Positions 10,497-19,785 of a DNA stretch of 64,000 bases are shown here, piece by piece. This stretch comes from an uncultured delta proteobacterium (lineage in GTDB: Bacteria > Desulfobacterota > Binatia > UBA9968), in contig CAVSHR010000005.1 in assembly GCA_963727625.1 (NCBI GenBank), positions 832,001 to 896,000 of the forward strand. Reading direction: 5' to 3'. Position 1 is the stretch's first letter, and every line of letters starts with the position of its first letter. The notes below the pieces were generated by a model, which searched no databases, had not been told where the DNA came from, and saw only the letters and a program-made list of their open reading frames with translations. The position numbers and the translations under genes are program-made.

Positions 10497-11005
10497 CAGA
10501 GCACCTCGCCGGTCAGGAGCAGCGCCGCGGGCATGTCCGAGGTGCGGCACATGAAGTGCGCATCGCGGATCGTTCGTTTGAGCGTGCGCCGCTCGCCGGC
10601 GATCTGATACGGAATGCGCAGCGCCTGCAGGAAAGGCTCGCCCACTTGGCGGAACACCTGGAGCTTCGAGCCCGAGATGCCCGAGCGATCGCCGAAGTCG
10701 CCGCGGTACGAGGCCAGGATGAACACCGGAATACCGTACTGCGGCCCCATGTGCATCAACGCCAGTCCGCCTTTCAACAAGCCCGCAATCCCGGTGACGA
10801 ACACCGCGCGACGCCCGGCGATCGCCGCGCCGGCAGTGAGCGCCACACCGCCATCCTCGGAGGCGACCGTCACGCATTGAAAGTAGGGATCGGCTTGCAC
10901 CGCTTGCGTGAGCGAGGCCGTGGGTTCCTCCGGAAGCGTGACGAAGAGATCGATCTTCTCCTCCTTCAGCGCTTCGATGATCAATCGTGCGGGTTCGGCA
11001 TCCAT
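10493..11005 (-). CDS. ThDP-dependent decarboxylase alpha subunit (ComD-like)
   Basis: TPP N-terminal domain (TLPE, SEDGGV, SYRGD); RBS GGAG before MDAEP. Confidence 0.82.
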   Translation of the reverse strand: MDAEPARLIIEALKEEKIDLFVTLPEEPTASLTQAVQADPYFQCVTVASEDGGVALTAGAAIAGRRAVFVTGIAGLLKGGLALMHMGPQYGIPVFILASYRGDFGDRSGISGSKLQVFRQVGEPFLQALRIPYQIAGERRTLKRTIRDAHFMCRTSDMPAALLLTGEVLW

Positions 11006-11154
11006 CGATTCTCCTTCCAAGGCGAAAAGAAGCGCCACCGCTGCATCGGGCAGCGGCCGCGCCCGTCAGCACAGACATAACGCAGGACCGGAAGAGCTGT
11101 CAATTTGCCTTTGTGCTTGACGAGAAACCCACCGTCGTCTCTGTGGGGGAATGT

Positions 11155-11166
11155 GTCAGGCCTGAC
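11155..11166. repeat. 12-bp palindrome GTCAGGCCTGAC resembling fused RAYT-type ends
   Basis: Perfect palindrome; each arm matches the core of the TIRs at 12820/12917 and 14817/15854. Confidence 0.45.
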
Positions 11167-11236
11167 GCCAAATCAACACCCGGGGAGGAATCAAGGGACG
11201 GTCAAACTTGTGGATTTGATCGGTCCTGCATTGGAT

Positions 11237-12127
11237 TCATTGAAGATACTGCTTGAACCATTCGAGGACCGGTTTCATGGCTTCATTTGTCCTCTTCCCA
11301 TACACGTCGAAGTGTACGCCGTCTTTTAGAGTGAAGAGCTTCTTCGGTTCCCCAGCCTTGCGATACAAGATATTGGCGTCATCCGCCTCGAGCTCGTCCT
11401 TCTCAGCTTGAACGAAGAGAATGGGTGTTGGAGACACCTTGTCGATAATCTCTTCCGGCTTGTAGCCCAGCCACCCATCAACGGTGGCGAGAGTTGTGTC
11501 GTTGCCTTTATCGTCTTCCACTTGTTCGGCCTCCTTCAAGGAAGAGGTCAGATCGGGAGGCATGATCAGTACCGAATCGGTTCCCGATTTCAAAAAGCCA
11601 CGGAACTCCTTGGACTTGCCGGTCACGGCCCGGTTGATCCTGTCCTCCTGGACTTTTTGCATGAGAGTTTGCCACTGCTCCTCGGTGCGAAATTTTCGCA
11701 TTCTGCGCACGCCATCGCCGACCAGGACCATCGAGGCAACCGCCTTTACGCGCCGGTCTCGAGCCGCTATGTACGCCACTTCTCCGCCTCCCAGACTCAC
11801 ACCGAGTATGGCTATTTTATCAGGGTCAACTTCTGGTCTTGACTGCAGGAAGGATATGGCGTTGCTGGCGTCATAGATCTGCAGGTATGGAATGACCTCG
11901 CCGCGGACGCCTTCGCTCTGTCCGAATCCTCTGAAATCCATGGTCAGGGATACAAAGCCGCCTTTGTTCAACTCATCAGCGAACCCAGGAAAGAAAGCAT
12001 CCGCCGTGCTCATGAAACCTGGCACAAGCACGACACCAGGAAAGCGTTTTCCTTGGGAATTGTCAGGCGTATTAAGGATTCCGGACAGTTTTAGCCCGTC
12101 GCTATAGTAGCTGATTCTCTCTCTCAT
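11237..12127 (-). CDS. Alpha/beta hydrolase
   Basis: DFRGFG, GVSLGG nucleophile elbow, EKD and GVHFD. Confidence 0.9.
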   Translation of the reverse strand: MRERISYYSDGLKLSGILNTPDNSQGKRFPGVVLVPGFMSTADAFFPGFADELNKGGFVSLTMDFRGFGQSEGVRGEVIPYLQIYDASNAISFLQSRPEVDPDKIAILGVSLGGGEVAYIAARDRRVKAVASMVLVGDGVRRMRKFRTEEQWQTLMQKVQEDRINRAVTGKSKEFRGFLKSGTDSVLIMPPDLTSSLKEAEQVEDDKGNDTTLATVDGWLGYKPEEIIDKVSPTPILFVQAEKDELEADDANILYRKAGEPKKLFTLKDGVHFDVYGKRTNEAMKPVLEWFKQYLQ

Positions 12128-12176
12128 TACTCAAAGCTCCGTTTCAAAGGTTTTCGATTCGTTTATTAAATGCAGA

Positions 12177-12400
12177 CTATAACTTGCCCCGCGCTTCAAC
12201 GAACCTGTGAGCATCGTCGATGACAGGTTCCGTCACCGGGACATAAGGAACAATAAGTCGATCCACGCCGGCTTCCACGAAGGGCTGCAGCCGGTTCTTG
12301 ATTTCCTGTACCGATGTCGCCGGAGTCACGGGAAACATTTCCATGTACTCGTCGATCATCTTCGCGCTGGCAGCCTTGAATCCGCCGGCCTATGAATAGG
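12177..12400 (-). pseudogene. C-terminal remnant of an LLM-class (luciferase-like) oxidoreductase
   Basis: EIKNRLQPFVEAGVDRLIV resembles the LLM C-terminus; in-frame stop upstream and no N-terminus. Confidence 0.55.
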
Positions 12401-12545
12401 ATTTTTGACCGACCTTTTCAATGGCCGGTGCTATATCGCAACACCGGCGGAATTGTGAATCCCTTTTCGTTCTGATGAAAAAGCCCAAGTCTTCTATCGG
12501 GCGGCTCGGCCGGAGAGCGGGCGTTAAGGGCGCAAAGGCTCTTTA

Positions 12546-12798
12546 TTGCACCGCTTGCGTGAGTAAGACCGTGGGTTCCTCCCGAAGCGTGACGTAGAGA
12601 TCGATCTTCTCCTCCTTCAGCGCTTCAATGATCAATCGTGCGGGTTCGGCATCCATCGATTCTCCTTAGCATCACGAAAAGAAGGCGCGGGCTGCATCGG
12701 GCAGCGGCCGCGCCACTCAGCGCAGACATAGCGCAGGACCGAAAGAGAAGTCAATTTGCTTTTCTGCTTGAAGAGAAACCCACCGTCGTCTTCGTGGG
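12546..12798 (-). pseudogene. Duplicate of the 5' end plus upstream region of the ComD-like gene (direct repeat of 10895-11147)
   Basis: About 250 bp colinear high-identity match covering the first ~36 codons and the upstream region. Confidence 0.9.
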
Positions 12799-12819
12799 TG
12801 ATGGTGCCATATCGGTGAT

Positions 12820-12917
12820 GGTGTCATGCCTGAGTATTGAGTTATTTGACAGTCAGGCTCACCGAGAAGAAACTCCCGCAACGGTTAGCTGAATAGTCAA
12901 TATTCAGGCCTGACACC
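12820..12917. mobile_element. MITE-like element with imperfect TIRs related to the RAYT element ends
   Basis: GGTGTCATGCCTGAGTATTGA versus the reverse complement of TCAATATTCAGGCCTGACACC: 19/21 match. Confidence 0.6.
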
Positions 12918-13056
12918 GAACTTCATACACTTTTCTCGCTCCACGCAATTTGACTATCAACAGGTCTGGACATTTCAATGTCTATCGACGAAGATTTACG
13001 AAGTCATAACTAGCGATGGTGCCAGCGACTAAACCGGTAGCAACATAAATTGAGAT

Positions 13057-13878
13057 ATGGCCGCTAAAACTCGACAGATCATCAAAAGATTGGCAAAGGG
13101 ACCATGCGTTTTCTGCCGGCGTGGAAATGTGCCCTTTACAAAGGAAGACCTGCCACCAGAAACGGTTGTCGGGGAGAAGGCTATGATTTTAGTCGATTGG
13201 GTATGTGGTGAATGTAACAATAAGTTCTCTGTAGAAGACGATTATTTCGCCAAACATTATCACGGTGCTGTCGGCCGTGTCGTCTATGGTGTTACCGTAA
13301 AGAACCGAAAAGGTGCACAAGTCGATCGTAAAGATTTTTGGGGAAAGTTTCAGCTCGATCTCAACACTGTTCAATTCCAAATAAAGACGAAAAAAGAGAG
13401 AGACGATCTCTTAAGGGACCTTGATCTTGTAGAAAAGCGACAACCAACGAGGATCGAAATTGAAAATCGTGTTGTCAACACGCGGCGAATAGGAAAATGC
13501 CTCGCAAAGATGGCTCTTGAAGCATTGGCCTGCTATGCGCCCGAGACGGCGCTTGCAGCACGATTTGATCCAATTCGTCGATATGCGTGCGGCCGAGGAC
13601 CGCTAAAATTCTTGCCCTTCGCATTAGGAAATCCCAAAGGTGAAATTGGTGTTCGTCTTGTGGACGTTAAATTCGATGGCAGTGATAAAAGGGTCCCAGT
13701 GAGCCTCATCTTTCTTCCAGCCGCCTCCTATGCGGTCCAACTCAGTGATTATGATGACCTTCATCCTTTGTGGCACGTCGCAAAATTCTTTAAGATGATT
13801 TTTGATGAAGATGGTAAACGGACTCAACGTTCTATTACGACTGTAGATTTTGAATTTCCCGACTCCCTAAATTCTTAG
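13057..13878 (+). CDS. HNH-like (Zn-finger CxxC...CxxCN) protein
   Basis: CVFC...EDLPP...VCGECNNKFS; AT-richer than flanks. Confidence 0.65.
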   Translation: MAAKTRQIIKRLAKGPCVFCRRGNVPFTKEDLPPETVVGEKAMILVDWVCGECNNKFSVEDDYFAKHYHGAVGRVVYGVTVKNRKGAQVDRKDFWGKFQLDLNTVQFQIKTKKERDDLLRDLDLVEKRQPTRIEIENRVVNTRRIGKCLAKMALEALACYAPETALAARFDPIRRYACGRGPLKFLPFALGNPKGEIGVRLVDVKFDGSDKRVPVSLIFLPAASYAVQLSDYDDLHPLWHVAKFFKMIFDEDGKRTQRSITTVDFEFPDSLNS

Positions 13879-13948
13879 ATTTCGGTCTTTCAGTGTTTAT
13901 CTGGCCTAAAGTGGTTCGGCGCTCAGTGCAGTGACTAGGAGATTTTTA

Positions 13949-14701
13949 ATGCCGGGATTTCCTAATTATGTGTCTGATGAGCTTTTCCATCTAGTCGGTT
14001 TTAAACACCCAGACAAACATGATGCCAATTACAAGATCCTGAAGGACATTTTTGCGAGCGGGTGGATTTCGTATTGGCCCCACGCAAAAGACTGGGGCGA
14101 GCACCGCATTGAGATCAACTGGGACGCTGACATGGCGAAAGGAGAATTTTTAGTCCCTACAATCACCTGTTTCGCCGATATTCCATATGAATGTCTAGGG
14201 CTGCATGGCCAAAAGTACGGTCAATTCGGAATTTCCTTTCATCGCTCATATCTGGTGTATTATCATACTCGCCCCGTCATGTATGTGCCCTACCTTCCAA
14301 CTGGCTCACCGTCCATTTCTGGTCGCGATTTGATAAAGCATCTGCAAAATACTTTTAAGGGCTTTGAGAAACTAGTTGTTGATCCGCTCGGTGATCCGCC
14401 GGCTATTTATATAGGAAGCGAGCCGAGCACAGCCGAACAAGCAATCTATGCAACGTCCAGTATATATCTACAGCAGCTCTTGGCATACGTGAAACCATTT
14501 GACGCCACACTCGCAGTCGATAATCGTGAAAACTACTACATGGAGCGTGAATGGCGAAAGTTTGGAAACCTAAAACTAGACCGCCTACGTCGGGTGGTAG
14601 TGCATCCAGATTTCGTTAAGCAGGCAAAGCAAGACTTGCCTGCGTTTAAGAGCTTAGTATCACCATTTCCGAGCAAAGAAGCCGTCATGGGAAATACTTA
14701 A
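13949..14701 (+). CDS. AbiGi-like abortive infection family protein
   Basis: LFHLVG, CFADIP, H..KYGQFGISF, PVMY, YYMEREWR motifs; RBS AGGAG. Confidence 0.75.
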   Translation: MPGFPNYVSDELFHLVGFKHPDKHDANYKILKDIFASGWISYWPHAKDWGEHRIEINWDADMAKGEFLVPTITCFADIPYECLGLHGQKYGQFGISFHRSYLVYYHTRPVMYVPYLPTGSPSISGRDLIKHLQNTFKGFEKLVVDPLGDPPAIYIGSEPSTAEQAIYATSSIYLQQLLAYVKPFDATLAVDNRENYYMEREWRKFGNLKLDRLRRVVVHPDFVKQAKQDLPAFKSLVSPFPSKEAVMGNT

Positions 14702-14816
14702 AGATGCAGGAATTGATTGTCGGTTCCCGTGCCCAAACCGACGCGAATGGAACCGCCATAGCTTGACACGGAGTGGATAGGAAGTGTTTTTCAAGGAAAC
14801 GGCCGGGGTCGATGCC

Positions 14817-15854
14817 GGGGTCAGGCAAACCTTATCGATCTTTTTAGTCGCCGTCCCCTCCTCAAGTTATCGCAAAGCGTTTCCACCGCACCACGCAACT
14901 CCGGTTTGCTCGCCAACTCTTCTGCCAGCTTTCCTAATCCTCTGCTCAACACCGCTGGTTCTTGCTGCAACTGTTTGGCTAGCGTTTGATTGGTAAACCC
15001 GCCCAATTCTCTGCCCACCCATGCCATCACCCGCCTCACCCGCACGATCTCTCTTGCACGGCCGCGATGCAACACCGCCGAAGCAGGCAAACCGAACTGT
15101 TTACAGACGCGGTCTTTTATCTCAGCCCAGCTGATTTCTACGATCTGCCTCTCTTCGTGCTCCGGCTCCCGCTCCTCTACTCTTTCCACGAACCCATCGT
15201 CACCCAAGTAGCGCTGATCTATAACCTTGTACAAATCATCGCGATGCCCATCCGTGATCCCGTCCAGCACAAAACGACGATACCCATCGATCGCCTGTGC
15301 CCGGCCCTTTCCCCATTGAGGCAATACCTCGTCTACCGCAATCCAGCTCTTGGCTTCGCCCTTCAAGTACGTTCCATGACTGCTCCAGGCGTATTTGCCG
15401 GGATCGTCCACAATCTTGCTTCGCACTGGATTGAGATGGAGATATCGGATTAACTCCAAAAGATAACTCTCTTTGTCACACAAAATCGCTTTGTAACGCC
15501 CCTGAAATAAATGCCCCGTTTTCTTATACCGCCGGTTCCAGTAACGCGTGTAGCGAAACAAAATATTTTGCATCACTTTCGAAAGCGGTGTCTGGCCTAT
15601 CTCGATCAGATGGTGAACGTGATTGCCCATCAGGACATAGGCGTACAGCCGGTAGCCAAATCGCTTTTGGCCCTCTTTAAGAAAGCCCAAATAGCGCTCA
15701 CGATCCTGATCCTCGCTGAAGATTGCCTGCCCCTGATTGCCGCGACTCATGACGTGATAGAGCGCTCCGGTGAAATGTATTCTGGGCTTTCTGGCCATAA
15801 TAACGCGACCATAGTGTGCCAGCCGCGAAATAGCAATAAGGTTTGCCTGACCCC
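14817..15854. mobile_element. RAYT-like element bounded by perfect 19-bp terminal inverted repeats
   Basis: GGGGTCAGGCAAACCTTAT at 14817-14835 and ATAAGGTTTGCCTGACCCC at 15836-15854. Confidence 0.8.
14821..15798 (-). CDS. REP-associated tyrosine (Y1/HUH) transposase with C-terminal DnaA-C-like HTH
   Basis: YHVMSRGN, LMGNHVH, GHLFQGRY, YLHLNP, YAWSS. Confidence 0.92.
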   Translation of the reverse strand: MARKPRIHFTGALYHVMSRGNQGQAIFSEDQDRERYLGFLKEGQKRFGYRLYAYVLMGNHVHHLIEIGQTPLSKVMQNILFRYTRYWNRRYKKTGHLFQGRYKAILCDKESYLLELIRYLHLNPVRSKIVDDPGKYAWSSHGTYLKGEAKSWIAVDEVLPQWGKGRAQAIDGYRRFVLDGITDGHRDDLYKVIDQRYLGDDGFVERVEEREPEHEERQIVEISWAEIKDRVCKQFGLPASAVLHRGRAREIVRVRRVMAWVGRELGGFTNQTLAKQLQQEPAVLSRGLGKLAEELASKPELRGAVETLCDNLRRGRRLKRSIRFA

Positions 15855-15935
15855 AGTGCTTGACCCGGTCAGGCTTTTACGTCTCGACTATCCTGTTGAG
15901 GGCGTGGTCCGCGGTCAAATCTTGACTTACCGGAT

Positions 15936-17213
15936 TTAGAATTTACGTGTCGTCCATTTTGATTCGGCCACGAATTCGGCTCGGAACGAGGAGAGCGACA
16001 GCGCTGGATTCTCACCGCTCCCGTCGATCCACATATCAAAGACTATTTCTTTCTCCGGCGTCACCTCCATCAGCCGTGCCCGACAAAACCCCTTTCGATT
16101 ATCGCTGGTGGGTACACCGTCGATCGTACAGATCCCGCCATACGTCATGAAAGTATTCCCCGTCCGTGGTAGCCGATAAGCGCCGCCCTGGTAGCAACTG
16201 TAAAGCCTTTCGCCGGCAGCCTCTCCGTAAGACCAAACCTGTCTCACCGTCATGGCCGTTTCATCGACGGCAAATTCGACGATCCGGCTGTAGCTATTCT
16301 CATCCGGCATCCTCGGCTCAAAGGGCGTGGCGCGGTGGTTGCCGTTGTCGAAGCAAAGGATGGTGCCGGCCGGCGTCACGGAGCAGTCATGCTGATGATA
16401 TTGCCAGGCCAACGGCCCTTCCGGTTTGAGCAACCGATTCGACCATGGCGACCGCCAATTGCCGGGGTCGCCGAGAATCCATTTGATCTCACCGTTGTCA
16501 CGGCTGAACTTGACGATACAGTCCTGATTACGCAGTGAAACCAGGATCGAATTATCCGCGGCGTGGTACGTCACGCCATTGGCATGACCCCAATCGTTGC
16601 TTTCCTTGATCCCTCGCGACTCCCAATAGCGCGAACAGCTTCCGTAACAGAGGCGGTAGGGATCGAGCAGATCCAGCAGGGCCCAGCGATTGACGGTTTC
16701 ACCTTGCGGCGAGACCTCGACAATCACGTCGCCGACCACGCGGGCGGTGCGGCGCTTGGCGTCGGCGTCGCGATCATTCTCGGGCCAATCGGGGAACTCC
16801 CGCACCTCGGCGCTCATCAACAACAAATTGCCGTTGGGAAAAATATTGACCCGGTGATGCGAGAGCGGAAAGTCGATCTCGATACTCCCCGCCGCCGGGA
16901 TTCTGTCCTGCCATTTCCCTCGCATATGCCATTGCCGAACGGTCTCGCCGGATCTTGTGACTTCCCGGATAATTCCAGCCGCGGTGAGTGAAAACAACAA
17001 ATTGCCGTTGGGAAGGGCGCAGGTGTCCTGAGCGGGCGTGTCGAATTTTAAATTGAGGGGGAAATGGCCGCTTTGATCGACGCCGATAATCCAGCCATTG
17101 CCGCTGGTATCATCGCCACCGCCGGGACGAACGTTGAAGACCATCATGCCGGGCTCGCGCCGTTCGGCGATGCACTTTTCGATGCGAAGCGGCGCAAGAT
17201 TTTCCTGGCTCAT
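15936..17213 (-). CDS. Aryl-sulfate sulfotransferase (ASST) family protein
   Basis: SHH, DWGHANG, SLRNQ, QH, FDNG, YSRIVEF motifs; start taken at MSQENL. Confidence 0.88.
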   Translation of the reverse strand: MSQENLAPLRIEKCIAERREPGMMVFNVRPGGGDDTSGNGWIIGVDQSGHFPLNLKFDTPAQDTCALPNGNLLFSLTAAGIIREVTRSGETVRQWHMRGKWQDRIPAAGSIEIDFPLSHHRVNIFPNGNLLLMSAEVREFPDWPENDRDADAKRRTARVVGDVIVEVSPQGETVNRWALLDLLDPYRLCYGSCSRYWESRGIKESNDWGHANGVTYHAADNSILVSLRNQDCIVKFSRDNGEIKWILGDPGNWRSPWSNRLLKPEGPLAWQYHQHDCSVTPAGTILCFDNGNHRATPFEPRMPDENSYSRIVEFAVDETAMTVRQVWSYGEAAGERLYSCYQGGAYRLPRTGNTFMTYGGICTIDGVPTSDNRKGFCRARLMEVTPEKEIVFDMWIDGSGENPALSLSSFRAEFVAESKWTTRKF

Positions 17214-17353
17214 GATGCCCTCCGATTCCCCGAGTCCATAGTTGCGATAGTTGCGTAAGACATGAGCGCGTGAGCGCGCCGGCGTCGACCCAAATTCCTG
17301 CTTCGGCAAAAAGGAGCATGCGATTTTTTGATGGCGAGATCAACGATCTGAAG

Positions 17354-18325
17354 TCACTGGATGAGGCGCTGGAACTCGGCGTCGTCAAAGAGCGAGGCAA
17401 AGGACTTGTTGCGCTTTAACTGGCCCTTCTGCGCGGTGTTGGAGGCGATGGCGCGCTCGATCGCTTTCAGTGCCGCCGCCTTGTTGCCCTGGCGCAGGCT
17501 GATGTCGGCCATTGCCACCAGTGCCAGATCGTCCTCGGGCGAGGCCTTGAGTGCGCTCTCGGCGAGTGCCATGGCGCCTGTGAGATCGTTCTTCTCGATG
17601 AGCGGGCCGATCCGGCCAATCATCTCGAAGCCGCGCGTGACACCCAGGATGCGGCGCAGCTCGACGAGCGGCTGCTTGTGGTCGTCGACACGGATGTCGA
17701 GCAGCGTGTCGTCATAGTCGGCGCGAACCAGCGGCTTGACGATCTTGAGCATCGCGCCCTGCATGCCGCGGCGGTCGCCGCCGGCAGCCTGGCCGGCATC
17801 GAGGGCAGCCAACAAGCGCTCCGCCAGGGGACCCTTCGCGGCCTCGAAGGCCTTGCCCATCTCCTCGATCACATCGCCATTGGCCAGCGTGTTGCCCTGC
17901 ACGCAGTAGGTCGGCGTGCACTTGTGGCCGGTCCATTCGGGGATCGTCTTGCTCGACCACGCGGCGCTGCGGCCCTGGATGTCGATGACGGCGACCTGGC
18001 GGTGGTTGGGCTCCTTGTCGGCGCGCAGCGCGAACTCGAGCGCCTGCTGCGGCGTCATCCCGCGCTCGATGCCGTCGATGATGAGTTTGCCGTACATCGG
18101 GTTGCAGGCCGACTGATGCGCGACAATAGCAACGCCGCCTTTGCCGGTGACAACACGGTTGCCGATCGACAGGGCCTTGGACTGCACACCGAGACCGAGC
18201 AGGCCCGTGTCCTTCTCCACGGCGATGATTGAGAATGTGCTGTCCGCGGGCGCGTACTGCCGGGTGGGCGTCTCTTCGGCAGTGGCAGCCGTCAGCGCCA
18301 ATTTAGAAGCTGCAATTGCTGCCAT
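17354..18325 (-). CDS. DUF1028 Ntn-hydrolase-like protein with C-terminal TPR
   Basis: TFSIIA, RQVAVID, QGNTL, GGDRRG, DIRVDDH. Confidence 0.88.
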   Translation of the reverse strand: MAAIAASKLALTAATAEETPTRQYAPADSTFSIIAVEKDTGLLGLGVQSKALSIGNRVVTGKGGVAIVAHQSACNPMYGKLIIDGIERGMTPQQALEFALRADKEPNHRQVAVIDIQGRSAAWSSKTIPEWTGHKCTPTYCVQGNTLANGDVIEEMGKAFEAAKGPLAERLLAALDAGQAAGGDRRGMQGAMLKIVKPLVRADYDDTLLDIRVDDHKQPLVELRRILGVTRGFEMIGRIGPLIEKNDLTGAMALAESALKASPEDDLALVAMADISLRQGNKAAALKAIERAIASNTAQKGQLKRNKSFASLFDDAEFQRLIQ

Positions 18326-18597
18326 CGTTGTCCCTCGCGTCGGGTGCCCCCTGCCCTATTTACAGTGAGAATAAAACCGCCTTTTTCTATGACCAAATTC
18401 ATATCGCAGGCCTGGTAGAGCGGTCAATTTCTTTCTGCTTGATGAAAAGCCACGAATGGAAAGCGATGGTCATTTACGGCGGCGGGAAAACTGCATTTCT
18501 TCGAGGAGAAAAAGCAAATTTTGCGGCACGAACTGTACGACGCATTACTTCGATGCTGCCGCAAATTGGATTGACGGAGAATTCAGTTCAATTTTAC

Positions 18598-18696
18598 GGC
18601 TGACGACTCACGCTGCGCCACGCCGGACTAGTGATGTCAACCGCGAAAGCGGAACTGAAAGCGCTATCCGGCGTTGGCTCCAGCGCAATGTTCGTC
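18598..18696 (-). mobile_element. attC-like integron cassette recombination site
   Basis: Minus strand GACGAAC-N6-CTGGAGCC-A-ACGCCGGA...TCCGGCGT-GGCGCAG-N8-GTCAGCC: nested arms with extrahelical bases, downstream of a small ORF. Confidence 0.6.
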
Positions 18697-18733
18697 TGTT
18701 CCGCGGGAACTGGAAATAGAGGTAGCATCGACC

Positions 18734-19075
18734 TTAAGAAGCGGGATCGAACCCGAACACTCGTAGCTCTTGGTGGCAGCGGCAGGCCTTCGCGATGCGC
18801 GCGGCCCACGCGATAGCCTCTTCGCGAGAGGGTAGTTCGAGCACCGTGAAGCCGCCATTGAGCGGAGGCGCCCACGAGTATCCGCCTGCGGAGAACGTGC
18901 CATCGGACGAGACGAGCACCGGCGGGACCGCTTCGTCGATACCGCCGCCGAAGACATATACGCCGGCGGCTTTTGCTTCGGCGATTACCGCGCGTGCGTC
19001 GCGACCAACCGCCTCCCATTCGCCATCGGGTACGACCATCGCTGCGCTTGGAAATGAGATTAGGTATTTCGCCAT
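18734..19075 (-). CDS. YciI/DGPF-like protein
   Basis: KYLISF, GVYVFGGG, GGFTVLELPSREEAIAWA. Confidence 0.8.
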   Translation of the reverse strand: MAKYLISFPSAAMVVPDGEWEAVGRDARAVIAEAKAAGVYVFGGGIDEAVPPVLVSSDGTFSAGGYSWAPPLNGGFTVLELPSREEAIAWAARIAKACRCHQELRVFGFDPAS

Positions 19076-19281
19076 AGAACTCTTTCTTTAGGAATTAGAA
19101 GACAGTCGTGCGCGAAGTTATTTGCCGAACTATGAAGTGGAGCCGCCGTATGTTAGCAACAATTGTTGGTCAGCTTATCTCGGCGACCGCTCGGACAATA
19201 AAAGCTCAAATTGCGCGCAATATCCATAGAGTGACACAGATCGAGGTGCTAACGTGACGCTAGAAGCCCACGGAGGCGTAC

Positions 19282-19785
19282 ATGTCCTTCCTTACTGGCG
19301 AACAGAAAGACCTTGCGAACGAGATCGCCGCCCTACTGACCGCGCGCGGCGAGACGGTTTGCGTGGCGGAGTCCACCACCGGAGGCCTCGTGTCCGCGGC
19401 GCTGCTGTGGGTGGCCGGCGCGTCCAAGTACTACGCCGGTGGCAGCGTGCTCTACACGCTTGGCTCGCGCACGGCGCTGGCGGGTGTGCCGACATCGATG
19501 TTTGAGAACTACCGCGGCACCACGCCGGAGATGATCGCCGCCATCGCCGACGCCATGCGCCAGCGCCTGGGCGCCACCTGGTGCATCGCCGAATCCGGCC
19601 TCGCCGGTCCCACGCGAGGCCGATCCGGCCTGCCACCCGGCCGCACGACGATCTGCGTCTGCGGCCCTGTAACGCGGGTCAACGTGCAGCAGACCGGCCT
19701 GCCGGACCGAGAGCCCAACATGATCGCCTTTACGACGCTGACGCTACGCTATCTGCGGGACGCGATTAAAGAGGCGGAGCATTAG
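19282..19785 (+). CDS. CinA C-terminal domain (PncC-like) protein
   Basis: VAESTTGG, GAS.YY.GG, SGLAGP. Confidence 0.85.
   Translation: MSFLTGEQKDLANEIAALLTARGETVCVAESTTGGLVSAALLWVAGASKYYAGGSVLYTLGSRTALAGVPTSMFENYRGTTPEMIAAIADAMRQRLGATWCIAESGLAGPTRGRSGLPPGRTTICVCGPVTRVNVQQTGLPDREPNMIAFTTLTLRYLRDAIKEAEH

Noticed and set aside
9909-11078. 389-aa ORF as a single protein
   Set aside because: Only the last 195 aa are ThDP-enzyme-like; the upstream part overlaps the alpha subunit in another frame
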